Shown: positions 16,292-26,613, counted from the stretch's first letter. The stretch: 64,000 bases of DNA from Candidatus Latescibacterota bacterium (GCA_965204725.1 OZ242005.1:4480001-4544000), one strand, 5' to 3'. Notes: generated by a model not told the origin, from the sequence alone. Program-made: numbers and translations.

Positions 16292-18649
16292 ATGATCAAT
16301 TTTCTCAGTCGCTATCTACATTGGATGCACCTGCGGTGGCCCGCCGGCGTAGTCGAGAAATTGCCGCGGGTGGATGAACACGGGCAAAGCAATGTCTCCG
16401 GGCTGTACATCGTCGGCGACCTAACCGGGATTCCCCTGTTGAAGTTCTCGGCCGATACGGGCGCACGGGCCGTGCAGCACATCGCGGCCGACGAGACATT
16501 CCAGCGCGATAAGGGCCGAGAGGATGTCTTGGACTTGGCGATTGTCGGCGCGGGCGTCTCCGGCATGTCCGCGGCCTTAGAGGCGCGCGAGGCCGGGTTG
16601 TCGTTTGTGTTGTTGGAGGCGACCGAGCCGTTCTCCACGCTGGTCAACTTTCCCAAAGAGAAGCCCATTTACACCTATCCCACCGAGATGGAGCCGGCCG
16701 GACAACTCCGCTTTGCCGCCGAAGTCAAGGAACCTCTAATCAACGAACTGCAAGCGCAGACCCTCGCCCAAGGCATCGAGCCGACTCTGGCGCGGGTTGA
16801 GCAAGTAAAAAAGCAGGGCGATCACTTTGAATTGGAAATTCCGCGCCAAGAAAACATCAGGGCCAGCCGAGTCATCGTCGGGATTGGCCGCTCGGGCAAC
16901 TTTCGCAAACTAGGGGTGCAGGGCGAGAATTTGGCCAAGGTCTCCAACCGCTTGCACGACCCGGTTGACTTCTGCGACAAAGACGTGCTAGTCGTGGGCG
17001 GCGGCGACAGCGCGTTAGAGGCGGCCATTGCCATCGCCCAATGCGGGGGGCGCGTGACCGTTTCCTACCGCAAGCCCGAGTTTTCTCGCCCCAAGCCCGA
17101 AAACGTCGAAAAGCTGAACGCGCTCGCCGCCGATCCCATGGCGGCCGTAGCCGTGGATACTCCTTCTTCCGAGCGGGTGACGACCAGCAGCGGGGCCTTT
17201 ATGGAGGAAGGCCGCCAAGCGGGTTCGATCCGCCTGCTGATGGCCAGCCAAGTACAGCGCATCAAGGAAGACGCGGTCGCGCTCAAAGACGCCGAAGGCG
17301 AGGAATTGAGCCTGCCCAACGACGCGGTGTTTTCCATGATTGGGCGCGAGGCCCCGCTCAACTTTTTCAGACGCAGCGGCGTGGAGATCAACGGCGAGTG
17401 GCGACCGGGCCGCTGGCTGTCTTTGGGGTTCATCATGCTGGCGGCAGTTTTCATCTACCACTGGAAGACCGACGCGGGCATTCCCATCAAGCGCTGGTTC
17501 CAAGAAGCCAATTTCTTCCCCTTCAACCTAGCGGCACCGCCAGCCGCCCATACCTTGTGGGACACAGTCCAAGTGTCAATGACCCAGCCGAGTTTCTACT
17601 ACTCGCTGGCTTATTGCCTGTGCGTCGTCCTATTCGGCTTGCAGCGCATAAAGCGGCGACGCACACCGTACATCAAAGTGCAGACCCTGACGCTGATGGC
17701 GATCCAGTGCATTCCGCTCTTTCTGCTGCCCTATCTGGTTTTGCCTTGGGCCGGGTACAATGGCTGGTTTGACGAGGGTGCTTGGCTCAAGCCGCTGGCC
17801 GACGCCTTGTTCCCCGAGTCGCAATGGGCCGAACACGGGCGCGAGTACTGGCGCTCGCTGGGGCTGATTCTCGCTTGGCCGCTGTTCTTCTGGAACGTCT
17901 TTACCAGCGAGCCGCTGTGGTGGTGGCTGGCGATTAGTCTAGTGCAGACCTTTGTCATCATACCGCTGATCATCTACTTCTGGGGCAAAGGGGCGTACTG
18001 CGGCTGGATCTGCTCATGCGGTGCCCTAGCCGAAACCATGGGCGACAATCACCGGCACAAGATGCCGCACGGCATGGTGTGGAACAAGGCGAACATAGTG
18101 GGGCAGGTCGTGCTGCTACTGGCTAGCGTACTGCTCATTGCGCGCCTAGTGGGCTGGGCTTTGCCGCACGATCACTGGATCAACGGGTTCTACATGGGGC
18201 TGTTTATGGGCAAAGGCACAAACTGGGGTAACCTGCCCTTCCCACTAACCTTTCTCAACTACGTGTGGTCGGTTGATCTGCTGCTCGCTGGCATCTTAGG
18301 CGTCGGGTTGTACTGGCATTTTAGCGGCCGGGTGTGGTGCCGCTTCGCCTGCCCACTGGCGGCCCTGATGCACATCTACACGCGCTTCAGCCGCTTCCGC
18401 ATCCTCGCCGACAAGAAAAAGTGCATCTCCTGCAACGTCTGCACCTCGGTATGCCACCAAGGCATCGACATTATGAACTTCGCCAACAAGGGGCTACCGA
18501 TGGCCGACCCAGAGTGCGTCCGCTGTAGCGCGTGTGTGCAGTCTTGTCCGACAGGTGTGCTGGAATTCGGTCAGGTTGACAAAAGCGGCGCAGTGATAAA
18601 GACCGACGAACTGGCGGCGTCGCCGGTGCGGATGCGGGAAGATAAATAA
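16292..18649 (+). CDS. FAD/NAD(P) TrxR-like oxidoreductase fused to membrane 4Fe-4S (NapH/Fer4_5-like) domain
   Basis: GAGVSG, VGGGDSA; CGWICSCG, CRFACP, two CxxCxxCxxxC motifs; many TMs. Confidence 0.85.
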   Translation: MINFLSRYLHWMHLRWPAGVVEKLPRVDEHGQSNVSGLYIVGDLTGIPLLKFSADTGARAVQHIAADETFQRDKGREDVLDLAIVGAGVSGMSAALEAREAGLSFVLLEATEPFSTLVNFPKEKPIYTYPTEMEPAGQLRFAAEVKEPLINELQAQTLAQGIEPTLARVEQVKKQGDHFELEIPRQENIRASRVIVGIGRSGNFRKLGVQGENLAKVSNRLHDPVDFCDKDVLVVGGGDSALEAAIAIAQCGGRVTVSYRKPEFSRPKPENVEKLNALAADPMAAVAVDTPSSERVTTSSGAFMEEGRQAGSIRLLMASQVQRIKEDAVALKDAEGEELSLPNDAVFSMIGREAPLNFFRRSGVEINGEWRPGRWLSLGFIMLAAVFIYHWKTDAGIPIKRWFQEANFFPFNLAAPPAAHTLWDTVQVSMTQPSFYYSLAYCLCVVLFGLQRIKRRRTPYIKVQTLTLMAIQCIPLFLLPYLVLPWAGYNGWFDEGAWLKPLADALFPESQWAEHGREYWRSLGLILAWPLFFWNVFTSEPLWWWLAISLVQTFVIIPLIIYFWGKGAYCGWICSCGALAETMGDNHRHKMPHGMVWNKANIVGQVVLLLASVLLIARLVGWALPHDHWINGFYMGLFMGKGTNWGNLPFPLTFLNYVWSVDLLLAGILGVGLYWHFSGRVWCRFACPLAALMHIYTRFSRFRILADKKKCISCNVCTSVCHQGIDIMNFANKGLPMADPECVRCSACVQSCPTGVLEFGQVDKSGAVIKTDELAASPVRMREDK

Positions 18650-18697
18650 GGGAAACGGCGCATGCACATCCGTCTTGAGAAACCCGATAACCTCGTT

Positions 18698-18786
18698 TTG
18701 CTTCTGGCATAGTCTCGCATGACGACGCTAGGGGTCATTCCCGCGAAAGAACGTCACCCCGTGCCCCGACACGGGGCGGGAATCCA
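18698..18786 (+). repeat. REP-containing repeat with nested hairpin
   Basis: GTCATTCCCGCGAAAGAACGTCACCCCGTGCCCCGACACGGGGCGGGAATCCA at 18734-18786; left flank matches 55801-55847. Confidence 0.85.
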
Positions 18787-18817
18787 AAAAGGGACCAAGC
18801 CGAATTAGAGACTGAGA

Positions 18818-18955
18818 CCTTACTACACGACACCAGCCTTCAGCCTTCCAAGGATCGAGGGCATCTTGCCCTCGTCGAGGGCGGGACGCCCTCGATCCCG
18901 GACGCAGTGGGAGCAGCAGAAAATGCGTACACAAAGCAGGTGTCGCGTACTTAGG
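18818..18955. mobile_element. 138-bp MITE-like element with internal GAGGGC palindromes
   Basis: TIR CCTTACTACACGACACC / GGTGTCGCGTACTTAGG (14/17); flanks ACTGAGA/ACTGAAA; partial copies at 46059 and 55030. Confidence 0.75.
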
Positions 18956-19001
18956 ACTGAAACTTTACTTTTAAGAACGCCTCTAACATTTCACAAAGGA
19001 G

Positions 19002-19253
19002 ATGATCGTGAAAGACATTACCCTACATGCCGACGAAAACTTGATCGCATCGGCACACCGATGCGCGGAGGCGAACCGCACGACCTTAAACGAGCAATTT
19101 CAGTTGTGGCTGAAAGACTACGTTCAGCGCAACGAGGACTGCGTTCAGCGCGAAAACCAGGCCGCCGAAGCCATGGAAGTCATCCGCGACCTGCAAGGCA
19201 GCATCTTCACTGGCGGGCGAAAATTTACGCGGGAAGAGATGAATGAGCGTTGA
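19002..19253 (+). CDS. Antitoxin (VapB/DUF6364-like)
   Basis: KDITLHADENLI...TTLNE...GRKFTREEMNER; overlaps the downstream PIN gene. Confidence 0.75.
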   Translation: MIVKDITLHADENLIASAHRCAEANRTTLNEQFQLWLKDYVQRNEDCVQRENQAAEAMEVIRDLQGSIFTGGRKFTREEMNER

Positions 19254-19659
19254 AAATTTTTTTGACACCAATGTTCTCATTTACCTGTTTGATGGAACCG
19301 ATGACGCCAAACGCGAAAGAGCAGAACTTCTAATTCAACAGGCTTTGGATAACGAGACCGGTTGTATCAGTTATCAGGTCGTCCAAGAGACGATGAACGT
19401 CATAACCCGAAAACTCAATGCAACGCCCGAGAAAGCTCTCCAATTATTAGATAGGGTGTTGGTGCCTCTTTGGCAGATTAACCCGACCCGGACGCTTTAC
19501 CGACGTGGCCTTGATCTGCAAGCTCGCTATGGGTTCAGTTTCTACGATTCGCTGATCATTGCCGCCGCGCTCGAAGCGGGCTGCACCTGTCTTTACAGTG
19601 AAGACATGCAGGATGGCCAGCAGATACAGAGCTTGACCATTCAAAATCCATTCGCGTAA
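19243..19659 (+). CDS. vapC: PIN-domain toxin (VapC-like)
   Basis: FDTNVLIY, QVVQE, FSFYDSLIIAAA, LYSEDMQ. Confidence 0.9.
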   Translation: MSVENFFDTNVLIYLFDGTDDAKRERAELLIQQALDNETGCISYQVVQETMNVITRKLNATPEKALQLLDRVLVPLWQINPTRTLYRRGLDLQARYGFSFYDSLIIAAALEAGCTCLYSEDMQDGQQIQSLTIQNPFA

Positions 19660-19776
19660 CCATTGCAAAAAGAATCGCGCTGGACCATGAGCAGTTTGCT
19701 GATAGCACTTTTGTATTGGGCGCGAGCAGAGGCGCGAAAATAACGATACACAGACCGGCCCCTCCCGTCTGGCACT

Positions 19777-21216
19777 TTATTTAAGTGCCCGCTCTAGCTG
19801 CTGGCAAAGCGTCTCGATGACCTTGAGACGGGCGAATCGTTTGTCGTTGCCCTCCACCAAAGTCCAACGAGCAGTCGTCGTGTGAGTGCGAGCTATCATG
19901 TCGTCAACCGCGGCCTCGTAGTCGTCCCATTTCTCTCGGTTGCGCCAGTCTTCGGCGGTGATCTTCCAGTGCTTGTGCGGGGTCGCCTGACGCGCCTTAA
20001 AGCGCCGGAGCTGCTCGTCCTTGTCTATGTGAATCCAGTACTTGGCCACCACTATGCCGTGGTCCGTTAGCTGCTCCTCAAAATCGTTGATTTCGCCGTA
20101 CGCTCGCTGCCAAGCCGCTTCGTCGGCAAAGCCCTCAACGCGCTCGACCAGCACTCGGCCATACCAACTGCGGTCAAAAATCGTCATCCGACCGGCGCGC
20201 GGCAGGTGCCGCCAAAAGCGCCAAAGATAGTGTTGGGCGTGTTCCTCTTCCGTGGGGGCGGTGATTCGGACGATCTGATAGGTACAAACGTCGAGGGCAG
20301 CAGTCAGGCGCTGGATGACCCCACCCTTGCCCGCTGCATCGGCCCCCTCGAAAACCAAGACGGTAGAGACGCCTTTGCGGCGGGCCTTCTGAGTCAAGCG
20401 ATAGAGCCGGCCTTGGTATTGCTCTAGCAGGTCCCGGTACTCCTTTTTGGGCACCCGCTTTTTCATGTCCAACTCGGTCAGCACGTGGGGCGCGGCCGGC
20501 CAGTCTGAGCCAACCAGCTTGGGGCGGCTCTTTTGGGCCAAGTGCCGGCCAATGGCGTCGCGCACGGCGCGGCCCATCACCAACGTGTAGTGAGGATCGC
20601 GGCCTTCGACGACCTGCCAATGAGCACCGCTGAGGTTGGTCTTTTTCAATAAGCGGTCGGCCGCTCGCTTGAACTCGTCGTAGTACTTCAAGCCCTCTCT
20701 TGCGCCCGCGGTCACCCGCCAGCGGGTCAGCGGGTTCCGCTCCAAGGCCGCAATGCGGTGCTGCCGCGCCTCTTTGTCTAGGTGAATCCACAACTTGATC
20801 AGCAACGCCCCATCGACGACGAGCGCGTTTTCAAAGGCCGCGATGCGCTCGCTCTCGTCCCTGCGCCCATGCGCTAGGTCCCGCAACGGGCGGTCGTACC
20901 AGCCGTTCAAGTATAGGCCGATTGTTCCCTTCGGCGGCAGAGACAGCCAATAGCGCCAGTACTCTGGGCGCTCGCGCTCCTCTGCGGACGGCGGCTCAAA
21001 GGCGCAGACCGCTAGGCGGTGCGAGCCTAGCCACTGCCTGAGCACATTGCTCGCCTCGCCCGTACCAGCACCGACGAAACCACCCAAGACGATGAGAGTT
21101 GGAAACGGAGCTTGCTGCAATCGCTCTTGAGCCGCGAGCAGTTCCATGCACAACTCGGCTTCGAGCTTTTTGTATTGGCGGGTCGGAACGCCACAGTCCA
21201 ACTCGTTGGTTGCCAT
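19777..21216 (-). CDS. pap: Polyphosphate:AMP phosphotransferase (two-domain PPK2)
   Basis: FEGADAAGKGG, YLWRFWRHLP, FDRSWYGRVLVERVEG; duplicated degenerate N-domain. Confidence 0.9.
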   Translation of the reverse strand: MATNELDCGVPTRQYKKLEAELCMELLAAQERLQQAPFPTLIVLGGFVGAGTGEASNVLRQWLGSHRLAVCAFEPPSAEERERPEYWRYWLSLPPKGTIGLYLNGWYDRPLRDLAHGRRDESERIAAFENALVVDGALLIKLWIHLDKEARQHRIAALERNPLTRWRVTAGAREGLKYYDEFKRAADRLLKKTNLSGAHWQVVEGRDPHYTLVMGRAVRDAIGRHLAQKSRPKLVGSDWPAAPHVLTELDMKKRVPKKEYRDLLEQYQGRLYRLTQKARRKGVSTVLVFEGADAAGKGGVIQRLTAALDVCTYQIVRITAPTEEEHAQHYLWRFWRHLPRAGRMTIFDRSWYGRVLVERVEGFADEAAWQRAYGEINDFEEQLTDHGIVVAKYWIHIDKDEQLRRFKARQATPHKHWKITAEDWRNREKWDDYEAAVDDMIARTHTTTARWTLVEGNDKRFARLKVIETLCQQLERALK

Positions 21217-21348
21217 TGATCGCCTCTCTCCCTTAAAAATAGCAAAAAAAGCACCGCTGATGTCCAGTCGGCAATCCGCAACACACCAATTGCCGATCAC
21301 AGGGCAAAGCCGTAGATTTTTGCCCCCTTTGGCAAAGGAGTTTTTGGC

Positions 21349-22599
21349 ATGGAAGTACTCGGCGGTCCGCTTTTTGGCGTTGCCGGAGCAGGAGAATCGC
21401 ACGGGCCGGCGATTGTCACCACGGTCTTTGGCTGTCCCCCCGGCCTGTGGGTGGAGCGCGACCAGATCCAGCACTATCTCGACCGCCGACGCCCCGGCGG
21501 CAACAAGCTGGGCACCCCTCGGCGCGAAGACGACCAAGTCGCCCTGCTGTCCGGCCTCTACTCAGAAGATCACGACCGGCTCCTATCCGGCCCGGCACTG
21601 CACTTGCACCTAGGCGAAGGCGAGAAGCCGGTGCGCACCTATGAAGCGGGCTTTACTACGGGCGAGCCAATCGCCGCGGCCGTGCTCTCGGCCGCCAAGC
21701 GCTCGGGCGATTACAAGCAATTCGCCGGGCCGCAGGGCCACGTCCGCCCCGGGCATACCGACCTAGTCAAGCACTACAAATCGCGGGGCTTTGTCGATGT
21801 GCGCGGCGGCGGGCGATCCAGCTATCGCTCGACCATCTCCGATGTCATCGGCGGCACCATTGCGCGCCTCTATCTGGCCGAGCACTTTGGCACGGCCATT
21901 TTTTCTTCAATCTGCCAAGTCGGGCCGCTAGAGACAGGTAGCTTCCTAGCAGCCCGAGTCGCCAAACTAGTCGGCGAGGCCAATGGGCAGCCCCTGTCTG
22001 CCGCAACGTGTGCCGCCCTCGAAAGCGACCTAGAGCGCGGACCGCTCCGTGCGGTGGATGCGGATTTCGCTCGCCAAGCGGCCGCACTGATTGCCAAGAC
22101 CCGCAAGGAGCAGGACTCCATCGGCGCTGCGCTCGAAGTAGTGGCCGTCAACGTGCCTCCCCTCGTCGGCGAACCCCTGTACCAAAGCCTGAAGTCGCGC
22201 CTTATGGGCAGCCTCGGCGGCCTGCACGCCGTGCAAGCCTGCGAAATAGGATCGGGCCGCGCCGCGTCTGCACGCCGCGGCAGCGAGCACAACGATCCCA
22301 TCCGCACGAGCGGGTACCAGAGCAACAGCCACGGCGGCCTGCTCGGCGGCGTGACGACGGGTATGCCGCTAGTATGCCGCTTGAGTTTCAAGCCCACGGC
22401 CACCATCGCCCGGCCCCAAAATTCCGTGCGCAAGGACCTCGAAGAAATCGAGTTCCAGCTCGCCAAGGGGCGACACGATCCCTGCGTGGGAGTGCGCGCC
22501 GGCGCGACCTTAGAGTCGCGGCTAGCCATCGAGCTGATGAACGCCGTGCTCGCGCACCAAGCGCACTGCATGGATGCGGAAAATTTCAAACTTTTCTGA
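21349..22599 (+). CDS. aroC: Chorismate synthase
   Basis: GESHG, RRRPG, RPGHTD, RGGGRSS.R, GG.TTG, KPT, GRHDPC. Confidence 0.92.
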   Translation: MEVLGGPLFGVAGAGESHGPAIVTTVFGCPPGLWVERDQIQHYLDRRRPGGNKLGTPRREDDQVALLSGLYSEDHDRLLSGPALHLHLGEGEKPVRTYEAGFTTGEPIAAAVLSAAKRSGDYKQFAGPQGHVRPGHTDLVKHYKSRGFVDVRGGGRSSYRSTISDVIGGTIARLYLAEHFGTAIFSSICQVGPLETGSFLAARVAKLVGEANGQPLSAATCAALESDLERGPLRAVDADFARQAAALIAKTRKEQDSIGAALEVVAVNVPPLVGEPLYQSLKSRLMGSLGGLHAVQACEIGSGRAASARRGSEHNDPIRTSGYQSNSHGGLLGGVTTGMPLVCRLSFKPTATIARPQNSVRKDLEEIEFQLAKGRHDPCVGVRAGATLESRLAIELMNAVLAHQAHCMDAENFKLF

Positions 22600-22616
22600 T
22601 TGTCTGCTTCCAACGC

Positions 22617-23663
22617 TCACAACGCCGGCATCTCCACGCCCAGTTCCGCCGCCACTTTGCCGATCTCATTCCAAGTAGGTTGGGGCAAATCGATGCCTTC
22701 GACCAGCAGCCGCGCCCTAGTCTGCTGTTCGAGCTCGCCGGGCGCATAGACTTTCTCAAACCCGGGCAAGGGACGAGCCGAGCACACCCATTGGGCCATC
22801 GCTTCGACTTCGCGCTCGTACGAGTCCACGTCGATAAAGTCTTCGATATTGATCGCTAGGACCATGATTCCGTTGCCGCTGCTGCCGCTGTTTTTGGTGC
22901 AGCCAGCATGCGAGAGCGGCCCCACCAACATTTCTACCATCATGGCCAGTCCGCTGCCCTTGTGGCCAAACTGTAGGCCACCCAACGGCAAGACGCCTGT
23001 GCCCTCGGCGTCGTCTAAATAACGCTGGGCGTCGGTGACCGGCTGGCCTTCCTGATCGATAACCCAACCTTCGGGCATCGGCTCCCCGCGAATATTCTTC
23101 TGCACGATTTTGCCACCGGCCACGACGGTCATGGTCATGTCGAGCATGAAAGGCGGACCATTTTGGCGCGGAGCGGAAAAGGCGATAGGCTCGGGACGCA
23201 GGCGGCGGTCGGCCGAGCCAAAGGGCGATAGGAAGAGGCCGCCGCCATTGAGCCAAACCATGCCGATCATGCCCCTTTCGGCGATCCGCGGCGGATAGTC
23301 GCCGAGCCGGCAGATATGGCTGACGCTATTGAGGCCGACAAAGCCGAAGGTGGCGTTTTGGGCTTTTTCAACGGCAATATCGAGGGCGCGATTGACGGCG
23401 ACGATGCCGTTGGCCCCCTTCCCGTTGACGACCCTGAGCACGGGGGTGTCGCGCACGACTTGGGTCTCTTCCCAGCGGATGTAGTTGTTCTGCATACTGC
23501 GGGCGTAGTTGGGGACTAGCCAAGTGCCGTGGGAATCGTGCCCGTGCAGGTGGCTTTCGACGACGTGGTCGGCGACGATGCGAGCGTCGGCTGCGGGGAT
23601 ACCAGTAGCGGCAAAAATGCGGTAGCAGAGGTCGTTGAGGACGTCGTGTTGGACTACGGGCAT
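22617..23663 (-). CDS. Ldh_2-family (malate/L-lactate-like) oxidoreductase
   Basis: GHDSHG, PIAF, LDM, LPLGG...HKGSGL, PGE. Confidence 0.88.
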   Translation of the reverse strand: MPVVQHDVLNDLCYRIFAATGIPAADARIVADHVVESHLHGHDSHGTWLVPNYARSMQNNYIRWEETQVVRDTPVLRVVNGKGANGIVAVNRALDIAVEKAQNATFGFVGLNSVSHICRLGDYPPRIAERGMIGMVWLNGGGLFLSPFGSADRRLRPEPIAFSAPRQNGPPFMLDMTMTVVAGGKIVQKNIRGEPMPEGWVIDQEGQPVTDAQRYLDDAEGTGVLPLGGLQFGHKGSGLAMMVEMLVGPLSHAGCTKNSGSSGNGIMVLAINIEDFIDVDSYEREVEAMAQWVCSARPLPGFEKVYAPGELEQQTRARLLVEGIDLPQPTWNEIGKVAAELGVEMPAL

Positions 23664-23691
23664 GAGAGGGATCCTTTGGCTGGGTGCGCTC

Positions 23692-24774
23692 CTAGGAGGT
23701 GTGCATTTCCATTAACTCGGCGAAGTAGCTAAACAGATGGAAGCTGTCGTGCGGCCCGGGCGAGGCCTCCGGGTGGCACTGGATGGAAAAAATGGGGAGT
23801 TCGCGGTGGTGTAGGCCCTCGACGCAATTGTCGTTGAGGTTGAGGCGAGTGATTTCGAGGTCGCTCGGCAGCGAGTCGGCCGCAATGCCCCAGCCGTGGT
23901 TTTCAGCGGTGATCAGGACCCGGCCGCTAGCGCGTTCCTTGATCGGCTGATTGGCCCCGCGGTGCCCGAACTTGAGGCGGTAAATTTCCGCTCCAAAAGC
24001 CAAGCCGAGAATCTCGTGGCCCAAGCAGATGCCGAAGATCGGCTTTTTGCCGATGAGACCCTTGCAAGTCTCTATCGCGTAGTTGAGGGGCCGGGGATCG
24101 CCCGGGCCGTTGGAGAGAAAGACGCCGTGCGGCTCCAAAGCCAAGACTTCGTCCGCCGTGGTTTTGGCCGGCACGACCGTCACTTTGCATCCCGCGGCCA
24201 CCAAGCAGCGGACGATATTGCGCTTGATTCCGTAGTCTAGAGCGACGACGTGGAAGCGCGGAGCTTCGGGGCTTTCGACATAGGGCGCAGAGCAGCTAAC
24301 GGCGGCGACCATGTCCACTCCGGTGAGCCCGGGCCAAGCGCGCGCCTTCTCGACTAAGCTGTCGGGGTCGAGATCGGTGGTGGAAATGGCGGCGTCCATC
24401 ACGCCCTTGGTCCGCACTCTGCGGGTCAACTCGCGGGTGTCGATGCCCTCAATGCCCAAAACGCCGTGCTCGTCGAGGTACTCGGGCAAGCTCTGACGCG
24501 CCCGCCAGCTACTCGGCATACGGCAGCACTCCTTCATCAGGAAGCCGCGGACTTGGGGCCGCGCCGATTCGTCGTCTTCGGGCGCGACCCCGTAATTGCC
24601 TATAAGTGGGTACGTCATGGTGACGATCTGGCCGGCATAGGAGGGGTCCGTGAGAATTTCTTGATAGCCGGTCATGCTGGTATTGAAGACTATCTCACCG
24701 AGGCACTCACCTCCGCGGCCGAGGGCACGGCCCTTAAAGACGGTGCCGTCCTCGAGCGCGACGAGTGCTTTCAT
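23692..24774 (-). CDS. carA: Carbamoyl-phosphate synthase small subunit
   Basis: FNTSMTGYQEILTDPSY, LSNGPGDP, GICLGHE, HPEASPGPHD. Confidence 0.96.
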   Translation of the reverse strand: MKALVALEDGTVFKGRALGRGGECLGEIVFNTSMTGYQEILTDPSYAGQIVTMTYPLIGNYGVAPEDDESARPQVRGFLMKECCRMPSSWRARQSLPEYLDEHGVLGIEGIDTRELTRRVRTKGVMDAAISTTDLDPDSLVEKARAWPGLTGVDMVAAVSCSAPYVESPEAPRFHVVALDYGIKRNIVRCLVAAGCKVTVVPAKTTADEVLALEPHGVFLSNGPGDPRPLNYAIETCKGLIGKKPIFGICLGHEILGLAFGAEIYRLKFGHRGANQPIKERASGRVLITAENHGWGIAADSLPSDLEITRLNLNDNCVEGLHHRELPIFSIQCHPEASPGPHDSFHLFSYFAELMEMHTS

Positions 24775-24851
24775 CTCCGTAGATACTCCTTTTGGGCGGG
24801 TTTAATAGTGAATAAAACTTAGACAAAAAAAGACGCGATGGACAGGCAGCC

Positions 24852-25901
24852 TCATTCCGGTGCTGAGTCGGTCAGGTCTTGGCGCTCCTGCCGGGCGCGC
24901 TCCTGCATATCGACGGCCGGATCGAATTCGCCGACGATTTCTTGGCCGACGATTTCTTCAATCACGTCCTCTAGCGTGACGATGCCAGCGAAGCCACCGT
25001 ATTCATCGACGACGGCAAAAAGGTGCTCGCGCCGTTGGATGAACTCTTCGAGCAGGCGGCTGGCGCGCGCGGACTCGGGCACCGCATGGATGGAGCGGCC
25101 CACCTCAAAGAGCTTGGCTCGATCGCGACCATCGGCCAAGGCACTAAACGCATCGCGCCGCAACACTAAGCCGACGATGTTTTCTCGCTTTTCCTGATAC
25201 AGGGGCACCCGGCTGTGGGACCAGCTACCGGACTGCTGGCGGGCTTCGGCCAAGGTCAAATCGCGGTCGAGGCAGTGGACTACTGTGCGAGGGGTCATAA
25301 TATCGCGGGCGCGCAGATCGTCGAGCGTGAGGATGTTTTGGATGATGCGCTCTTGGTCGGGCGATATGGCACCAGAGCGCCGGCTCATCTGCGCGGTAAT
25401 CTCAATCTCTTCCGGTTCCACCATCGGTACGTCTGGTCCCTCAGGGGTGATGAGCCGAACGATGAATTTGTTGAGCCAGATAAAGGGCGCAAGCAGCCAT
25501 ACCAGCCATTGGATCGGGCGGGCAATAAACCGAGCGAGAGCGCGGGCATGCACCACACCCACTGTCTTGGGAAGAATTTCCGTAAAGATGAGTACTGCCA
25601 GCGAGAAGGCGATAGTGAAATACGTCTCTGGGGTCTGCGGAAACACGCCGACAAAGGCGGCCCCGGCGATGGTGGCACCGCCGGTATGAGCCAAGGTATT
25701 CAGCGTGAGGATGGCCGAGATGGGGCGCTGGATATCCGCGTGCAAGCGCTTGAGGATCTTGCCCGAAGTACGCCCTTGGCCGGCCAGCATTTCGATCTGA
25801 CTGGCGGGCAGCGAGTAGAGCGCGGCTTCCAAGAGCGAACAAATACAGGATACGACGAGGACGGTGCTGACCGCTAGGATCAACTCGGAGTAAGGGGACA
25901 T
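24852..25901 (-). CDS. CNNM/DUF21-CBS domain (hemolysin-like) membrane protein
   Basis: CSLLEAAL, EILPKT, IMTPR, HSRVP, VVDEYGG...TLEDVIEEIVG. Confidence 0.9.
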   Translation of the reverse strand: MSPYSELILAVSTVLVVSCICSLLEAALYSLPASQIEMLAGQGRTSGKILKRLHADIQRPISAILTLNTLAHTGGATIAGAAFVGVFPQTPETYFTIAFSLAVLIFTEILPKTVGVVHARALARFIARPIQWLVWLLAPFIWLNKFIVRLITPEGPDVPMVEPEEIEITAQMSRRSGAISPDQERIIQNILTLDDLRARDIMTPRTVVHCLDRDLTLAEARQQSGSWSHSRVPLYQEKRENIVGLVLRRDAFSALADGRDRAKLFEVGRSIHAVPESARASRLLEEFIQRREHLFAVVDEYGGFAGIVTLEDVIEEIVGQEIVGEFDPAVDMQERARQERQDLTDSAPE

Positions 25902-25987
25902 AGACGCGAGGGCAATTTTACAAAGAGAGAGACTCCCGGCTGGGAATCCCTCTCCAATGGTACTGATGACGTCTTGCTCAGGAGTAC

Positions 25988-26398
25988 CTATTCCATGTGC
26001 TGGTTGACCTGTTTGGTCAGCTCAAACATACTCACTCGCTTCGCGCCACCTAAGACGGCCTGGAGTTTGTCGTCGGCGTTGATCATGCGCTTGTCTTGCT
26101 CGTCTTGCAGGCCATTCTTCTTGATATACGCCCAGATTTTCTTGGTAACCTGAGTGCGCGGCAACGGCTTGTTGCCGACTATGGCCCCGAGCGCGGCGTC
26201 GGGCTGCAAGGGCCTCATAAAGGCGGGATTGGGCTTGCGCTTCGCCTTCTTCTTGGCGGCGGGTTTCTTGGCAACAGCCTTCTTAGGAGTGGCCTTCTTG
26301 GCAACAGCCTTCTTGGCACTAGCCTTCTTGGGCGCGGATTTCTTGGCAGCGGCCTTCTTGGCACTAGCCTTCTTCGCAGCAGGTTTTTTCTTAGCCAT
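25988..26398 (-). CDS. SWIB/MDM2-domain protein with histone-H1-like Lys/Ala N-terminus
   Basis: KKPAAKKASAKK repeats; NPAFMRPL...RTQVTKKIWAYIKKNGLQD...INADDKL; SD AAGGAG. Confidence 0.9.
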   Translation of the reverse strand: MAKKKPAAKKASAKKAAAKKSAPKKASAKKAVAKKATPKKAVAKKPAAKKKAKRKPNPAFMRPLQPDAALGAIVGNKPLPRTQVTKKIWAYIKKNGLQDEQDKRMINADDKLQAVLGGAKRVSMFELTKQVNQHME

Positions 26399-26528
26399 CA
26401 AAATTCTCCTTTGGCTGATGGGGTAACACCTACGAGAGGGGGTTGAAAATTCGGCTTCTCGGCCTCTTTCGCCTCGTGAATTAAAGCCAATTTTACCCGT
26501 TTTGTGAAGCTGCAATAACTATCTTTCC

Positions 26529-26560
26529 AATATAGTACAAGGGCAGTATAAGTCAAGCAA
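26529..26560 (-). promoter_or_regulatory. sigma70-like promoter of SWIB gene
   Basis: TTGCTT-17-TACTAT / TTGACT-16-TATATT in an AT-rich divergent intergenic region. Confidence 0.5.
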
Positions 26561-26613
26561 AAATGTAGCTTTTTCATAGGAGAAAAAGGAGAAAACGCTC
26601 TCGCTATGGGCGT

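Noticed and set aside
21870-22859. Long antisense and alternate-frame ORFs (e.g. 21870-22613, 22008-22859, 31155-32057, 57432-58358)
   Set aside because: Shadows of well-supported genes in high-GC DNA with no recognisable motifs
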